Program-made: the position numbers and the translations under genes
Shown: positions 1 to 11,248 of the stretch, in pieces
Numbering within the stretch: the stretch's first letter is position 1
Layout of the letters: the number at the start of each line of letters is the position of its first letter
Assembly: GCA_963814035.1 (NCBI GenBank)
Contig: CAWFBH010000018.1
Span: 57,397-121,396, forward strand
Direction: 5' to 3'
Length of the DNA: 64,000 nt
DNA from: an uncultured delta proteobacterium
GTDB lineage: Bacteria; Desulfobacterota; Binatia; Binatales; Binataceae
The notes under the pieces: generated by a model
The model's input: only the letters and a program-made list of their open reading frames with translations
The model's database searches: none
What the model was told of the DNA's origin: nothing

Positions 1-171
1 GCGGATGTCCGGCGCGAGTTCCGGGTTTGCGATCACGTGTGGAATCGGTTTGCGATTCCACAGCATGCGCGCTTCTTCATAGGCGCCACGCGCGATATAT
101 CCGATGTTGCAGCCGGCAGAGCAAGCACCGCTGCTCGCCGCAAAAGAACAGCGCAGACTGCGCCGCACGCT

Positions 172-2016
172 TCAGTCCACAGCCTCGCCGCTGGTTCCTG
201 AAGCCGCCGCGTACTGCAGCTCGAAGAGCCGGTAGTAGAGTCCGCGCAATTTGAGCAGCTCGTCATGTGTGCCGCTCTCGCGCAGGATGCCGTCTGGCCA
301 GCACCATGATTCGGTCCGCGCGCTCGATGGTCGAGAGGCGATGGGCGATGACCAGCGCCGTTCTGTCCGCGAGCAATTCGTTGAGCGCGATTTGGATGAG
401 CCGCTCGGTCTCGCTGTCGACGCTCGAGGTGGCCTCGTCCATCACGAGAATTCTCGGGTCGTAGGCGAGAGCGCGCGCGAATGACAAAAGCTGGCGCTGT
501 CCCGATGAGAGATTCGCGCCTCGCTCGCTGATCTGCTGCGCGAGGCCCGCCGGCAATCCGATCGACGAAACGCAACGCCTGTGCGCGCGCCAACGCTTGG
601 CGAACTCCTTCTTCGGAAAGGTCTGCTCGCCCCAGCCGCACATTTTCCATGATGTCGCCGGCGAACAGGAAAACGTCCTGCTGCACCAGACCGATCGCGC
701 GCCGCAATGCGGTCAGATCCCATTCACGCACATCGATGCCGTCGACCAGGATGCGTCCCGAGGTCACATCATAGAAGCGGTTGAGCAGCTTCATGATGGT
801 GGTCTTGCCGGAACCGGTCGGCCCAACGATGGCGATTTTCTGCCCGGCTCGACGCTGAAGCTCAGGTCCTTCAGCACCGGCTCGCCCTTGCGATAGGCGA
901 AGTTCACGTGCTCGAAGACTACCGACCCGCCGCGCGCGCTGGGGCTCTTTGGCTGCGCGGGGCTCGAAATCGTAATCGGCTCCAGCATCACGCGCTCGAT
1001 TTTATCGACCGCCGCCAGCGCCGACTGCAGCGTCGTGTACTTGTTCGATATCTCGCGCAGTGGACCAAAGAAACGCTGCGTATAGTCGATAAAGGCGAAT
1101 AGCGTGCCCAAGGTGATCACTTGCCGAATGACATCGCCGCCGCCGAACCAGAGGACTACCGCGACCGTGATTGCGCTCAGCGACTCGACGGCCGAAAAAA
1201 GTCCGGCCTCGTAAATGTTCGCCAACATCTGCACGTCGCGGCTCTTCTGGTTCAGTGCGTCGAATTCGCTACGGCTGGTATCCTCACGAGTGAAGAGCTG
1301 GATCACGGCCATCCCGCCGATCGACTCGGACAGGTACGCGTTTACCGCCGCCAGGCGGTCGCGGATCTCGCGATAAACCACCCGAGCGCGCACGCGAAAA
1401 AAATTGATGATCAGGAAGAGCGGTGGAATCGCGCAGAAATGCCCACAGCGCGAGGCGCGGATTGAGCAGGAACATTATTACGGCAATGCCACCTAAGGTC
1501 AGGAAATCGATCAAAATCGTCAGCGAACCGGAGGCGAACATATCGTTGATCGCATCGACATCGGTGCTGATCCTGCTCACTAACTTTCCTATAGGCGTGC
1601 GATCGAAGAACGCCATCGGGAGTTTTTCTACTCGTTGAAACAAGGCGAGACGCAGATCGGAAAGGCTGTACTGCGCAACCATCATGGTCAGGTAGAACTG
1701 GCCGTAAAATGTCGCGAACTCGCCGAGAACCAGCACCAGGTAGAGCGCGCCCATCACCAGCAGTCCGTGGCCAGCGCGATCCTGGCGATGATCGGCGAAA
1801 GCCATCGGGCGGCGCGGTTTTGCGATGCGCAAGGAAGATATCGATCGTGAGTTTGACGACGTAGGGTTGCGCAAGTGCGAAGCCCGAATTGAGCGGCATC
1901 AGCATGGCCGAGATCCAGAAGAGGTGCTGGTATGGCCTCACGAACTGCCACACCCATCGAATCAGGTGGGTGTCGTAGACCTGCACCTTCGCGTGCTTTT
2001 TGTTCTTCTGGATCAT
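172..2016 (-). CDS. ABC exporter (MsbA/MdlB-like fused permease-ATPase), subunit 2; frameshifted in this sequence
   Basis: Pieces in several frames: TM domain, [11 protein letters not shown] Walker [10 protein letters not shown] signature, ILVMDEATS Walker B, IAHRLSTI. Start overlaps the upstream stop (TGATG). Confidence 0.9.
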
Positions 2017-3769
2017 CAGTACTGCGCCAGCTCCTCCTCCAGCAGTTGGCGATGGAAGAGTTCCGAGTAGATTCCGCGCTGCGCCATCAGCGCTCATGCG
2101 TGCCGCGCTCGGCGATGCGGCCCTCTTCGAGCACGATGATTTCGTCGGCATCGCGCACCGTGGACGCGCGATGCGCCACCACAATCGTGGTGCGGCCCTG
2201 CACGCTGTCGCTCAGATTGTGCAGCACGGCGCGCTCGGTTTCGGTATCGACGCTGGAAAGCGCGTCATCGAGGACCACCACCGACGGATGATAGGTAATG
2301 AGCCTCCCGATGGTGACGCGCTGCTTCTGCCCGCCGGAAAGCGACATGCCGCGCTCGCCGACGATGGTATCGAAGCCGCGCGGCAGCATCGCAACATCGG
2401 GCGCGAGGCCTGCGACCTGCGACGCTGACTCGATGTCCTTCATGGAGGCATTGGGAGCGCCGAATGCGATGTTGCGCGCGAGCGTATCCGAGAACAGCGT
2501 CGGCTCCTGTGGAACTACACCGATAGTCCGTCGCAATGCGCGAACGGGAATTTCGCGAATGTCACGCCCATCGAGCAGCACGCGACCCTCGGTCGGCTCG
2601 ATGAGCCGTGCGAGCAGCTTGATCATGGTGGATTTTCCGGAACCGGTGCGCCCGACGATCGCGAGCTTCTCGCCGGAGGTCACTTTCACGTTTATATTGC
2701 GCAGCGCGTAGAAGGACGCTCCGCGGCCTTGCCGTTGCCGTTCGAAGGGAAATAGCTGAACGAGACGTTCTGCCATTCGATGGCGCCTTCGACCTCCAGG
2801 CGTTCCTCGGGACCCGCGACGGTTTGCTGTTCTTGTTCGTCGAAGATCTCGTCGATGCGCTTCATCGCGGCCTTTCCGCGCTGATAAATCGACAGCGTCC
2901 ATCCGAGCGAGGTTGCCTGAAACGCGAGCTGCGTGACGTACAGCATGAACGCCATCAGGTTGCCGATGGACAGCTGGCCCTCGCGCACCAGCACTCCGCC
3001 ATAGATGAGAACGATCATCGTGGATCCGCTCGCGACCGCCCGAATCATCGGGAACAGCGCGCCACGGGTGCGCGCGAGTGCCAGGCCCTGTTCGTTGTAG
3101 CGGTCATTCAATGCTCGAAAGCGCTCCGCCTCGTGTTCCTCCAGGGTGTAGGCTTTGACGACATGAATGCCGGCGAGGCTCTCCTGAACCTTGGCTCCGA
3201 TGTTGCCGAGTTCTTGCTGCACTTTGAGGCTGCGCTCCATCAGGGCGCGAGTCAGTTTCCGAACGGCGAACAACAGCAGGATCGCGGGAATGATCGCCGC
3301 GACCGTGAGCCGTGCGATTCAGATAGGTCATGAAGATGAGGGCATAAATGAAGTAGACCGGCGTGTTGGTCATCATCAGCACGCCCATGCCGACCAGCAG
3401 GCGCAGCGCGGTGATGTCATTGACCATCCGCGACATCAGATCCCCGGTGCGCAGGCGCTGATAGAAACCTGGTCCGAGCTTCGCCATGTGCGCGAACAGG
3501 TCGTTGCGGATTTCGTATTCGATGTCGCGCCCGATGTTGAAAATGACGAAGCGCGAGATCCAGCGCGAGGCGCCGAGCACGATCGCGATCAGCGCGATCA
3601 GTTCAGCATAGTGCGCGAGCGAAGCGCGATGCCCCGCTTGCGCGGCGTTGATCGCATCGCCTGTGAAAAATGGGATGAAATTGTAGAAACTTGCCGTCAG
3701 GAAGGTCGCCAGAAGTCCGCCGGCATAGGTCAGCCAATGGCGGCGCATGTAGCTGAACAAACGTTTCAT
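2016..3769 (-). CDS. ABC exporter (MdlA-like fused permease-ATPase), subunit 1; frameshifted
   Basis: TM domain (RTGDLMSRMVND), GRTGSGKS, LSGGQKQR and LDDALSSVD across ORFs 3104-3769, 2692-3273 and 2087-2902. Confidence 0.9.
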
Positions 3770-3913
3770 GAGGCAGGGCCTAAGTTATTCGCTTGTTACG
3801 AAGAAATGAAGCGGCATTCCATGCCGGCGGGGCGCCTCCGGCGTGGGGAGGGCCCATTGCTCGCTCCCGTTGGTCGAGTGAAGACTTTCGAATAAGCAAG
3901 AAGCAGTGAATCC

Positions 3914-4672
3914 TCAGAGCCGGCGTGATTTGAGCTTGCGCTCGTACATCTTGGCGTACTTGAGAAAAACGTAGAATGCCGCGGTCATCGCCGCGTAGAG
4001 CCCACGGCCGCCGTCGCGAAAGCCTCCGCGCAGGATGTAGAAATTGAAAAATCGCCACATCGGATTAGTCAGCATCTGAACCGGCGTGAAGATGGTCGGC
4101 TCCTGTTCCATCGCACCGCGCGTCGAAAACCGATTGATCGTGGCAACGTGATCCGCGATATCCCGATAGCTGAAGTGCAGGATCGGACTCATCAGTTTGC
4201 CGATGCTCCCCTCGACTACCACCTTGTCGTGCGGATCGCGACCGCCGATGTGGCCGCGCTCGCGGCGAAACAGCCGCACCGGGTTATCGGGGTAGATCCC
4301 GAACGGGTAGTAGTGGCCGAGATGATACAGAATGCGTCGAATGCGGTAGCCGTCGGCGGCATTCGCCGAGGTTACCGCCGCGAGGATCTCCTCGCCGAGG
4401 TCGTGGGTCGCCTGCTCGTCAGAATCCATCAGCAGGACCCATTCGCCGGTCGCGCGATCGAGCGCCATCTGCTTTTGCATCACGTAGTTGGTGAACTCAT
4501 GCTGGAAGACCCTGGCGCCAAGGCTCTGCGCGATTTCGACCGTGCGATCGGTCGAGAAGGAATCGATCAGGATCAGTTCGTCGCAGAACCATGCGCTGCG
4601 CAGGCACTGCCCGATGTGCTCCTCCTCATCGCGCGAGATCACGATGAGCGAAATCTTTGGTTTCTCGGTCAC
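3914..4672 (-). CDS. Glycosyltransferase family 2 (WaaE/KdtX-like)
   Basis: ISLIVISRDEE, IDSFSTDRT, DSDE DxD motif, C-terminal GGFRDGGRG. Confidence 0.85.
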   Translation of the reverse strand: MTEKPKISLIVISRDEEEHIGQCLRSAWFCDELILIDSFSTDRTVEIAQSLGARVFQHEFTNYVMQKQMALDRATGEWVLLMDSDEQATHDLGEEILAAVTSANAADGYRIRRILYHLGHYYPFGIYPDNPVRLFRRERGHIGGRDPHDKVVVEGSIGKLMSPILHFSYRDIADHVATINRFSTRGAMEQEPTIFTPVQMLTNPMWRFFNFYILRGGFRDGGRGLYAAMTAAFYVFLKYAKMYERKLKSRRL

Positions 4673-5415
4673 GCGATTTTCTTGCTGGCGGGCGCTTCTT
4701 CCTCGGCCATGAAATGTTGCGACGCTTCCGAGGCCGCGCGATAAGTAGCTTCGCTGATCTCCCCGCGCATCAGCGCGACCCGCAAAAACAGGAAGTAGGT
4801 TTGCACCACGTCGCTGCGGCAGTAGCGATGGATTTCCTCGAGGCGTCCGGCCTCGAAATATTCCTGCACCATCGAACCGTCCATGCCGGTTTTTCCCGGC
4901 ATCCCGATCATCTTGAGCAGCAGGTCCATGCCTCCCGCGAGCGAAACCGCGCCGTGGTTGGTCAGATAGTCGAACAGATCATAATGACGCGCGCTGGAGT
5001 ATCGACTGCGGGCCTGACTGTCCTCATCGAAATGCAGCGGCGCAGGGACGCCATGGCGCAGTGCCGCAAGCTCCAGCACCGGGAAATCGAAGCGCCGTCC
5101 ATTGAAGCTGACTAGCGTTCCGGCGAAGCGCTCATAGCGCGACCAGAATTCGCGTATGAGGTGTTCTTCCGAATAATCGGCGAGGGCGAGGCTTTCGACC
5201 GCGTTCAGCACGTAGTCATCGCCGACATTGCCGATCGCTATCGAAATCGGCAGATGCAACGTGATGGGGAAGAAATCACTGTCACGCCGCCGCCGTAGAT
5301 CTTCACGATAGCGCTCGAAAGCCTCGCTATCGCTGAGTCCTTGACCTTCGAAGTAGACCTGGTTCAGCAGGTGTTTGTCGACTCGGGTCTCGACGTCGAA
5401 GACGGCGAAAGCCAT
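4669..5415 (-). CDS. PolB-type 3'-5' exonuclease domain protein
   Basis: ExoI FDVET, ExoII SFNGRRFDFP and ExoIII YCRSDV motifs. Confidence 0.85.
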   Translation of the reverse strand: MAFAVFDVETRVDKHLLNQVYFEGQGLSDSEAFERYREDLRRRRDSDFFPITLHLPISIAIGNVGDDYVLNAVESLALADYSEEHLIREFWSRYERFAGTLVSFNGRRFDFPVLELAALRHGVPAPLHFDEDSQARSRYSSARHYDLFDYLTNHGAVSLAGGMDLLLKMIGMPGKTGMDGSMVQEYFEAGRLEEIHRYCRSDVVQTYFLFLRVALMRGEISEATYRAASEASQHFMAEEEAPASKKIA

Positions 5416-6464
5416 CAGTGCGGATGCTCCTCGAGGCCTTCGATGATTTTCGCGGCTACTGCTTTGAACGCGGCAGTCACCGGATGTGCCGGGTTCACTG
5501 CCACCAACGGCATCGCGTTATCGCCGCCTTCGCGCAGCTCGCGCGTGATGGGCAACTCGCCGAGGAACGGAACCTCGAGCGTTTCGGCGAGGCGCGCGCC
5601 ACCGCCATGGGAAAAAATCTCGTGACGTTTGTTGCACTTGCCGCAAACGTAATAGCTCATATTCTCGACCACGCCGAGGACCGGGACATTCACCTCGGTG
5701 AACATCTGCACGCCGCGGCGGACGTCGATCAGCGCGATTTCCTGCGGCGTGGTGACGATGACGCCGCCATCGAGTTTCACCCGTTGCGTGATCGTCAATT
5801 GGGCGTCGCCGGTGCCGGGCGGCAAATCCAGCACCAGGCAATCGAGCTCGCCCCATTCGACATTGAAGAGGAATTCCGTTTCCAGCTTGGTCACCATCGG
5901 ACCGCGCCAGATCACGGCCTGCTCATCGCTGACGAAAAACGCCATCGAGACGTAGCGGATGCCGTACCTTTCCAGCGGTATGATTTTCCGCTCCGGAGTA
6001 AGGTTAACCTTGCCCTCGGTCCCCACCATCATCGCGACACTGGGGCCGTATACATCCGCGTCCATCAAACCGACGCGCCAGCCCAAGGCCTTCATCGCGA
6101 GGGCGAGGTTGACCGCGACGGTGGATTTGCCGACGCCGCCCTTGCCGCTGGCTACCGCGACGATGTGGTTGACGCCTTCGATGCTGCGTTTCCCGGCCGA
6201 GGCGGTGCGGGGCTGGGTCGCGGCCGGCTGCTCGACGTCAACTTTTACGCTGGGAACGCCAGGCATTGCACCCACGGCGGTCTTGATATCTTCGACAATT
6301 CGGGCGACAACTTCGGGTTTGGCGGACTGGATGGTCAGCGAAACGGTGACACCGGAGTAACCGACCTCGATATCTTTAATGATGCCGAAGGACACCACGT
6401 CGCGGGTGAAGCCGGGGTATTTGACCTTTTTCAGTTCGGTCAGGATTTCATTGGGGCTGGGCAT
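5415..6464 (-). CDS. apbC: Mrp/ApbC/NBP35 Fe-S cluster carrier ATPase
   Basis: GKGGVGKS, DADVYGPS, WRGPM, DLPPGTGD, ENMSYYVCGKC. Confidence 0.93.
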   Translation of the reverse strand: MPSPNEILTELKKVKYPGFTRDVVSFGIIKDIEVGYSGVTVSLTIQSAKPEVVARIVEDIKTAVGAMPGVPSVKVDVEQPAATQPRTASAGKRSIEGVNHIVAVASGKGGVGKSTVAVNLALAMKALGWRVGLMDADVYGPSVAMMVGTEGKVNLTPERKIIPLERYGIRYVSMAFFVSDEQAVIWRGPMVTKLETEFLFNVEWGELDCLVLDLPPGTGDAQLTITQRVKLDGGVIVTTPQEIALIDVRRGVQMFTEVNVPVLGVVENMSYYVCGKCNKRHEIFSHGGGARLAETLEVPFLGELPITRELREGGDNAMPLVAVNPAHPVTAAFKAVAAKIIEGLEEHPH

Positions 6465-6636
6465 GTTTTCGCGCGAGACGTTTGGCGCTCCACTTTCACT
6501 GGATTCGTCTGTTACAGATCAACAAGAATAGTCAACTGGCTGTTTATGTTTGTTTTTCAGCTAAACTGGATTACTCATGTTATCATCTCAAGAGAGCCGG
6601 AAAAAACTCAGCGATTGAGGGGGGATTCAGGGGACG

Positions 6637-8520
6637 ATGCCGAAGAAAGCGGGCGGGGGAACGTCCAAAGTCGTCATCAAACATAGCAAAAGTCCAAGTC
6701 AGGTTCCGTCGATTGCCGCTCGTGAGTTGGCTGACGGTCTTGCCACGATGCTTGGAAGCAAGGCGTCGGTTCAGTCGGATGTCGCCATTGGTCCTGCTGC
6801 CATGCTGGTTTCGTTCGGCTCGGAGGTTGCGGAGAATCCCCGACCGGCTGGCCTTACGGATGACAGCTTCCAGATTGCGCGCTCCGGCAGGAACGCCTTC
6901 GCGATTCAGGCCGGCAGCGAACGCGGTCTCTTGCACGCCGCATATGACCTGATGGAGCGCCTCGGCGCGCGGTTGATCCCGGGCGCCGCCCCCATTTTTC
7001 CGAAGCTCGCGCCTGCCGCGATGGCGCGGCTGAAACCTTATGCGGTAACCCCACCATTCAAGCGACGCGCTTTCGTGTCGGACATCATGACGTGGAACTA
7101 CACGTTTTCCGACCGGCTCAAGCTGCATCTCCAATTCGATCGCGAGTTCATCCCCTGGATGGCGCGGCGCGGAATCAATGCTTTCGAGTACATCCGCCAT
7201 GCGCAGGACACGCGCCTGCGGATCGATGAGATCACGCCCTTGTATAAATCGTACGGCATCGGTGTCGAGTACGGCGGCCACGTCCTTCAAATCCTGATGC
7301 CTCGCAGCCAGTTCGAATCTCATCCGGAATATTTTCCACAGGGAGCGGACGGCGCCCGGATGGCGCGCGGAAACCTATGCGTCTCGAATCCCGATGCGGT
7401 GCGCATCGTATGCGATGGCGCGTTGGAGTACATCCGCCAATACCCTGAAAACGAGCTCCTGCACATCTGGGGCGCCGACGTATGGGAGGGCGCCTGGTGC
7501 CGCTGCGCCCAGTGCAAAAAGCTTTCGCCGCAGATGCAGTACATGAAGATAGTCAATGCGGTCGCGGCCGCAGAAGGGACCGCCGCGGGAGGAGTTCCGG
7601 TTGCGTATCTCGCTTACCACGACACCATCGATCCCGATCCGAAATTGCGCCCGCTGCCGAATGTCTGGTTTGAATGGGCGCCGCGCGAGCGCTGCTACAT
7701 CCACGCGATAGATGATCCCGCCTGCACCATCAATCCGCACTACTTCGAGTCGCTGAAACGCTACATCGACATCTTCGAGGGTCGCGGCCATGTGTTCGAG
7801 TACTATGCCGACGCCATCCTCTTTGGGGGCGTCGGATTCGCGACGCCCACGGTGATCGCACGCGATCTGCGCGCCTATAAAGCACTCGGCATCGAAAGCA
7901 TTTCCAACCTGATGTTCGGCGCCTACAGCGTTCTGGCCTATCCGGTAAACCTCGAAGCTTTTGTGCGCGGCACGATGTCGCCCAAATTTAGCGCCGCCCA
8001 GGTCATCGACGATTGTGCCGCGAGTCGGCATCCGAAAGATGCGGAGGCGCTTGGCAAGGCCTACCGCGGCCTCGAGCGAGCGGCGCGGCTGTTGCTCGAC
8101 TATGCCGATGTGATGCGGCCCTACAAGATGACGCCGCAAAAGGCGGCCACCAAAAAACCGCAAATCCTGAGAGCCATCACCCAGTTCGAGCACGCGGCCA
8201 AAATCGCTGCAGATGCGAAAGCGAAGCACGGCGATGCCCTGGCGGGTGCGGAAGCGGATCTTTGGAACTACAGTGTCGAGGCCTTGAGCGGCATCGGCGA
8301 CTACATTCGCGCGCGCACCGAGAAGGGTATCGTGCGCCATACGCTCGGTGACGGCGCCGTCGCACTGGTCGCGACCGCGATCGAGCACATCCACCACATC
8401 AAGCCGCCGATCAAAGGAACCTGGGGCGCCTACGACCTCGAATGGATTCGCGAACTATGGCTCGATGGCCTGCGAAAGAACCTCAGCGACGGTGGAACGA
8501 TGCTCGAAGACCTATTCTGA
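6637..8520 (+). CDS. DUF4838-like protein with GH20/GH67-type N-terminal domain
   Basis: DDSFQI...GSERGLLHAAYDLMERLG N-terminal motif, HPEYF, LCVSNPD, WCRCAQC, YLAYH. Confidence 0.65.
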   Translation: MPKKAGGGTSKVVIKHSKSPSQVPSIAARELADGLATMLGSKASVQSDVAIGPAAMLVSFGSEVAENPRPAGLTDDSFQIARSGRNAFAIQAGSERGLLHAAYDLMERLGARLIPGAAPIFPKLAPAAMARLKPYAVTPPFKRRAFVSDIMTWNYTFSDRLKLHLQFDREFIPWMARRGINAFEYIRHAQDTRLRIDEITPLYKSYGIGVEYGGHVLQILMPRSQFESHPEYFPQGADGARMARGNLCVSNPDAVRIVCDGALEYIRQYPENELLHIWGADVWEGAWCRCAQCKKLSPQMQYMKIVNAVAAAEGTAAGGVPVAYLAYHDTIDPDPKLRPLPNVWFEWAPRERCYIHAIDDPACTINPHYFESLKRYIDIFEGRGHVFEYYADAILFGGVGFATPTVIARDLRAYKALGIESISNLMFGAYSVLAYPVNLEAFVRGTMSPKFSAAQVIDDCAASRHPKDAEALGKAYRGLERAARLLLDYADVMRPYKMTPQKAATKKPQILRAITQFEHAAKIAADAKAKHGDALAGAEADLWNYSVEALSGIGDYIRARTEKGIVRHTLGDGAVALVATAIEHIHHIKPPIKGTWGAYDLEWIRELWLDGLRKNLSDGGTMLEDLF

Positions 8521-8551
8521 CCAGCGGCCTTTCGGTGCTAGAGATTCTCCA

Positions 8552-9715
8552 ATGGAGAACGACACCGGTTTCCAACTCTCGGAAGAGCTGTCGGCGCTGC
8601 GTGAGCAGGTCCGCCGCATCATCCGCGACGAAATAATCCCGATCGAAAAAACTCTCGATCCCGACGCCGCCGAAATTCCCGAAGAAGATTACTGGCGCAT
8701 CGCCAAAAAAGTTCAGGCCGCCGGGATGTGGTGCATGAGCGCGCCCAAGAAATATGGCGGCGGCGGCCTCGGCACCTTCGATATGTGCGTGCTGATGGAG
8801 GAAATGGCACAGCATCGGATGGGCCTCTACAATCCCGGCGCCAGCGTCTTTGGACGCAACCCACCGCCGGTGATCTACGGCGGCAGCGAAGAGCAGATTC
8901 AGAAGTACGTGGTGCCGACGCTCAAGAACGCGTGGTACACCTTCTTCGCCATCACCGAGCCTAGCGGCGGCTCCGATCCCGCCGGATCAATTCAGTGCCG
9001 CGCGGTTCGCCAGGGCGATACGTACGTCCTCAATGGCACCAAGATTTTCATTTCGCATGCGCACGAAGCCGAATGGGGCGTGGTGTTCACGCGCACCGAT
9101 CCCAAAGCCGGCCGCAGCGGTATCACCTGCTTCATCGTTCATAAGGGCACGCCAGGGTTTACCGCGCGTCCGTTCGCAACGCTGCGCACCGCGGCGCTTC
9201 CCAACGAAGTTCACTTCGAGGATTGCGTCATTCCGGCGGAGCAGCGCATCGGTGAGGAAGGGCAGGGGCTGAACCTATGTCTCGATCTGTTGACGCGGCT
9301 GCGGTTTCCCTATTCGGCCGCTAATGTCGGCGTCGGTGTCGCCGCGCTCAAGATGGCGATTGAGCATGCAAAGACGCGCAGCACCTTTGGCGAGAAACTC
9401 GCGAGGCGCCAGGCCGTTCAGTGGATGCTCGCGGATTCCGAGGTCGAGTTGCGCGCCGCGCGATGGCTGACCTGGGAGGGCGCATGGAAAGCCGATCGCG
9501 GCGAAGACGCACGCAACGAAGCGTCGATCGCGAAGTTGTATTCGAGCGAGGTGCTGGGGCGCGTCATCGATCGCGCGGTGCAGATTCATGGCGGCTATGG
9601 CGTGAGCAAAGAATTTCCGCTCGAGCGATGGTATCGCGAGGCGCGCATCCGCCGCATCGGCGAGGGTCCCTCCGAAGTGCATCGCATGGTCATCGCGCGC
9701 AACCTGCTGCGATAA
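8552..9715 (+). CDS. Acyl-CoA dehydrogenase
   Basis: FAITEPSGGSD, LNGTKIFIS, QIHGGYG, IGEGPSEVHR. ATG at 8552. Confidence 0.93.
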   Translation: MENDTGFQLSEELSALREQVRRIIRDEIIPIEKTLDPDAAEIPEEDYWRIAKKVQAAGMWCMSAPKKYGGGGLGTFDMCVLMEEMAQHRMGLYNPGASVFGRNPPPVIYGGSEEQIQKYVVPTLKNAWYTFFAITEPSGGSDPAGSIQCRAVRQGDTYVLNGTKIFISHAHEAEWGVVFTRTDPKAGRSGITCFIVHKGTPGFTARPFATLRTAALPNEVHFEDCVIPAEQRIGEEGQGLNLCLDLLTRLRFPYSAANVGVGVAALKMAIEHAKTRSTFGEKLARRQAVQWMLADSEVELRAARWLTWEGAWKADRGEDARNEASIAKLYSSEVLGRVIDRAVQIHGGYGVSKEFPLERWYREARIRRIGEGPSEVHRMVIARNLLR

Positions 9716-9725
9716 AGGATTGGAA

Positions 9726-10908
9726 ATGAGTCTGCCGCTGGAAGGGATTCGCGTTATCGATTTCGGACAAATCTACGCGGTGCCGTACTGCACGCTGCAG
9801 CTTGCGGCGTTGGGTGCCGAAATCATCAAAATCGAGCCGCCTAAGACCGGCGAGATGTTGCGTCGTCCTGACCTCCCTGGCGGGGCGAATTACTCGTTCC
9901 TGATGCTCAATCCCAACAAGAAATCGGTGACGCTCAACCTCAAGCATCCGAGTGCGCGCGAGATCGTTTTCAAATTGCTGGAGGACGCCGACGTGTTGGT
10001 CGAGAACTATCTCGACGGCGTAATGGAATCGTTCGGACTCGGGTATGCCGAAATCTCCGCACGCTTTCCGCGTCTCATCTATGCTTCGGGAAAAGGCTAC
10101 GGTTCTGTCGAGCCGATTCGCGAAGCTTGGCTCGATGGATAACACCATTCAGGCTTCATCGGGTTTCATCAGCATCACCGGGTTTCCCGATCGCGGAGTG
10201 AAAACGTCCGCGACCTTTATCGACATGGGAACCGGCAGTCATCTGGTGAGCGGAATTCTCGCGGCCCTGATTCATCGCGGGAAAACCGGCAAGGGCCAGA
10301 AGGTTGAAGTCGCGATGCTCGATGTTGCAATTCCCGCGCTTACCAGCGTCCTCGCTCCGGTGCTGCAGGGACGCAAGTTCAAACGCCTCGGCAATCGGCA
10401 TTGGGGAGTTTGTCCCACCAACATCTATCCGGCGAGCGATGGCGAAGTGTTGATCATGGTTCTGACCGAGCAGCATTGGCGCGCGCTCGCAAAGCTGATG
10501 GGACATGAGGATCTGATCGGGAAACCGGAATATCGCGATCACGGCGCGCGCATGGCCGTGGCGGATCAACTTGATGAGACGGTGTCGAACTGGACCCGGC
10601 CGCAACGACGCGACGACGTCATCGGGATTCTCATCGAGGCGGGAATTCCGTGCGCTCCGGTGCGTGAGGTTGAGGAAGTGATTGCCGATCCTGAGGTGGC
10701 GGAGCGAGGTACGCTCGTCGACAGCACCTATCCGACCCGCGGCGATGTCAAAGTAGTCGGCTCGCCGTTGAAGTTGTCCGCCATTGCGCCCGCAGAGGTG
10801 CCTCAGGTTCGCCCACCGCAACTCGGTGAGCATACTGATGAAGTTCTCGCGTCAGTCGGGATCTCGCGCGAACGAATCGCGCAGCTTCGTGCGGAGGGCG
10901 CTATCTGA
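9726..10908 (+). CDS. CaiB/BaiF family CoA-transferase; one frameshift near 10110
   Basis: PLEGIRVID, LGAEIIKIEPP, NPNKKSVTLNLK, ADVLVENY, PQLGEHTDEVL. Confidence 0.9.
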
Positions 10909-10930
10909 GGTTTCCTCGACAGCGCGAAAG

Positions 10931-11173
10931 CTATGCTGTCTTATGGCGGCGAGGGCTGCCGGGCGGAAACGCGCTTACACGCCGACTAGGACGCGCTTTG
11001 ATGTTCAGATGATCCAGCGATCTAAACCAGAAATTGCGCACCGCCTCGAGGCTCCATAGTAGGCCAAGGCCGAGCATGACCCCGGTTCCATGAACTAACT
11101 CGACGAAATAGCCCTTCATTCCCAGTTGCTCAATCTCTAGAGGGATCTGCTTCTGTTCCGGTATTTCTTCCAT
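10931..11173 (-). CDS. Small hypothetical membrane protein
   Basis: GGAGG RBS upstream of the ATG, one hydrophobic segment, fills an intergenic gap. Confidence 0.45.
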   Translation of the reverse strand: MEEIPEQKQIPLEIEQLGMKGYFVELVHGTGVMLGLGLLWSLEAVRNFWFRSLDHLNIKARPSRRVSAFPPGSPRRHKTA

Positions 11174-11189
11174 CAAGCCTCCAGACTAA

Positions 11190-11225
11190 AGGGCGCGTCG
11201 CCCTTGTGCAAGAACGACGCGCCCT
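11190..11225 (-). terminator. Stem-loop, probable intrinsic terminator
   Basis: AGGGCGCGTCG / CGACGCGCCCT 11-bp inverted repeat downstream of the 11249-12061 gene. Confidence 0.5.
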
Positions 11226-11248
11226 CAATCAGGTCCTTTAGAATTCGA

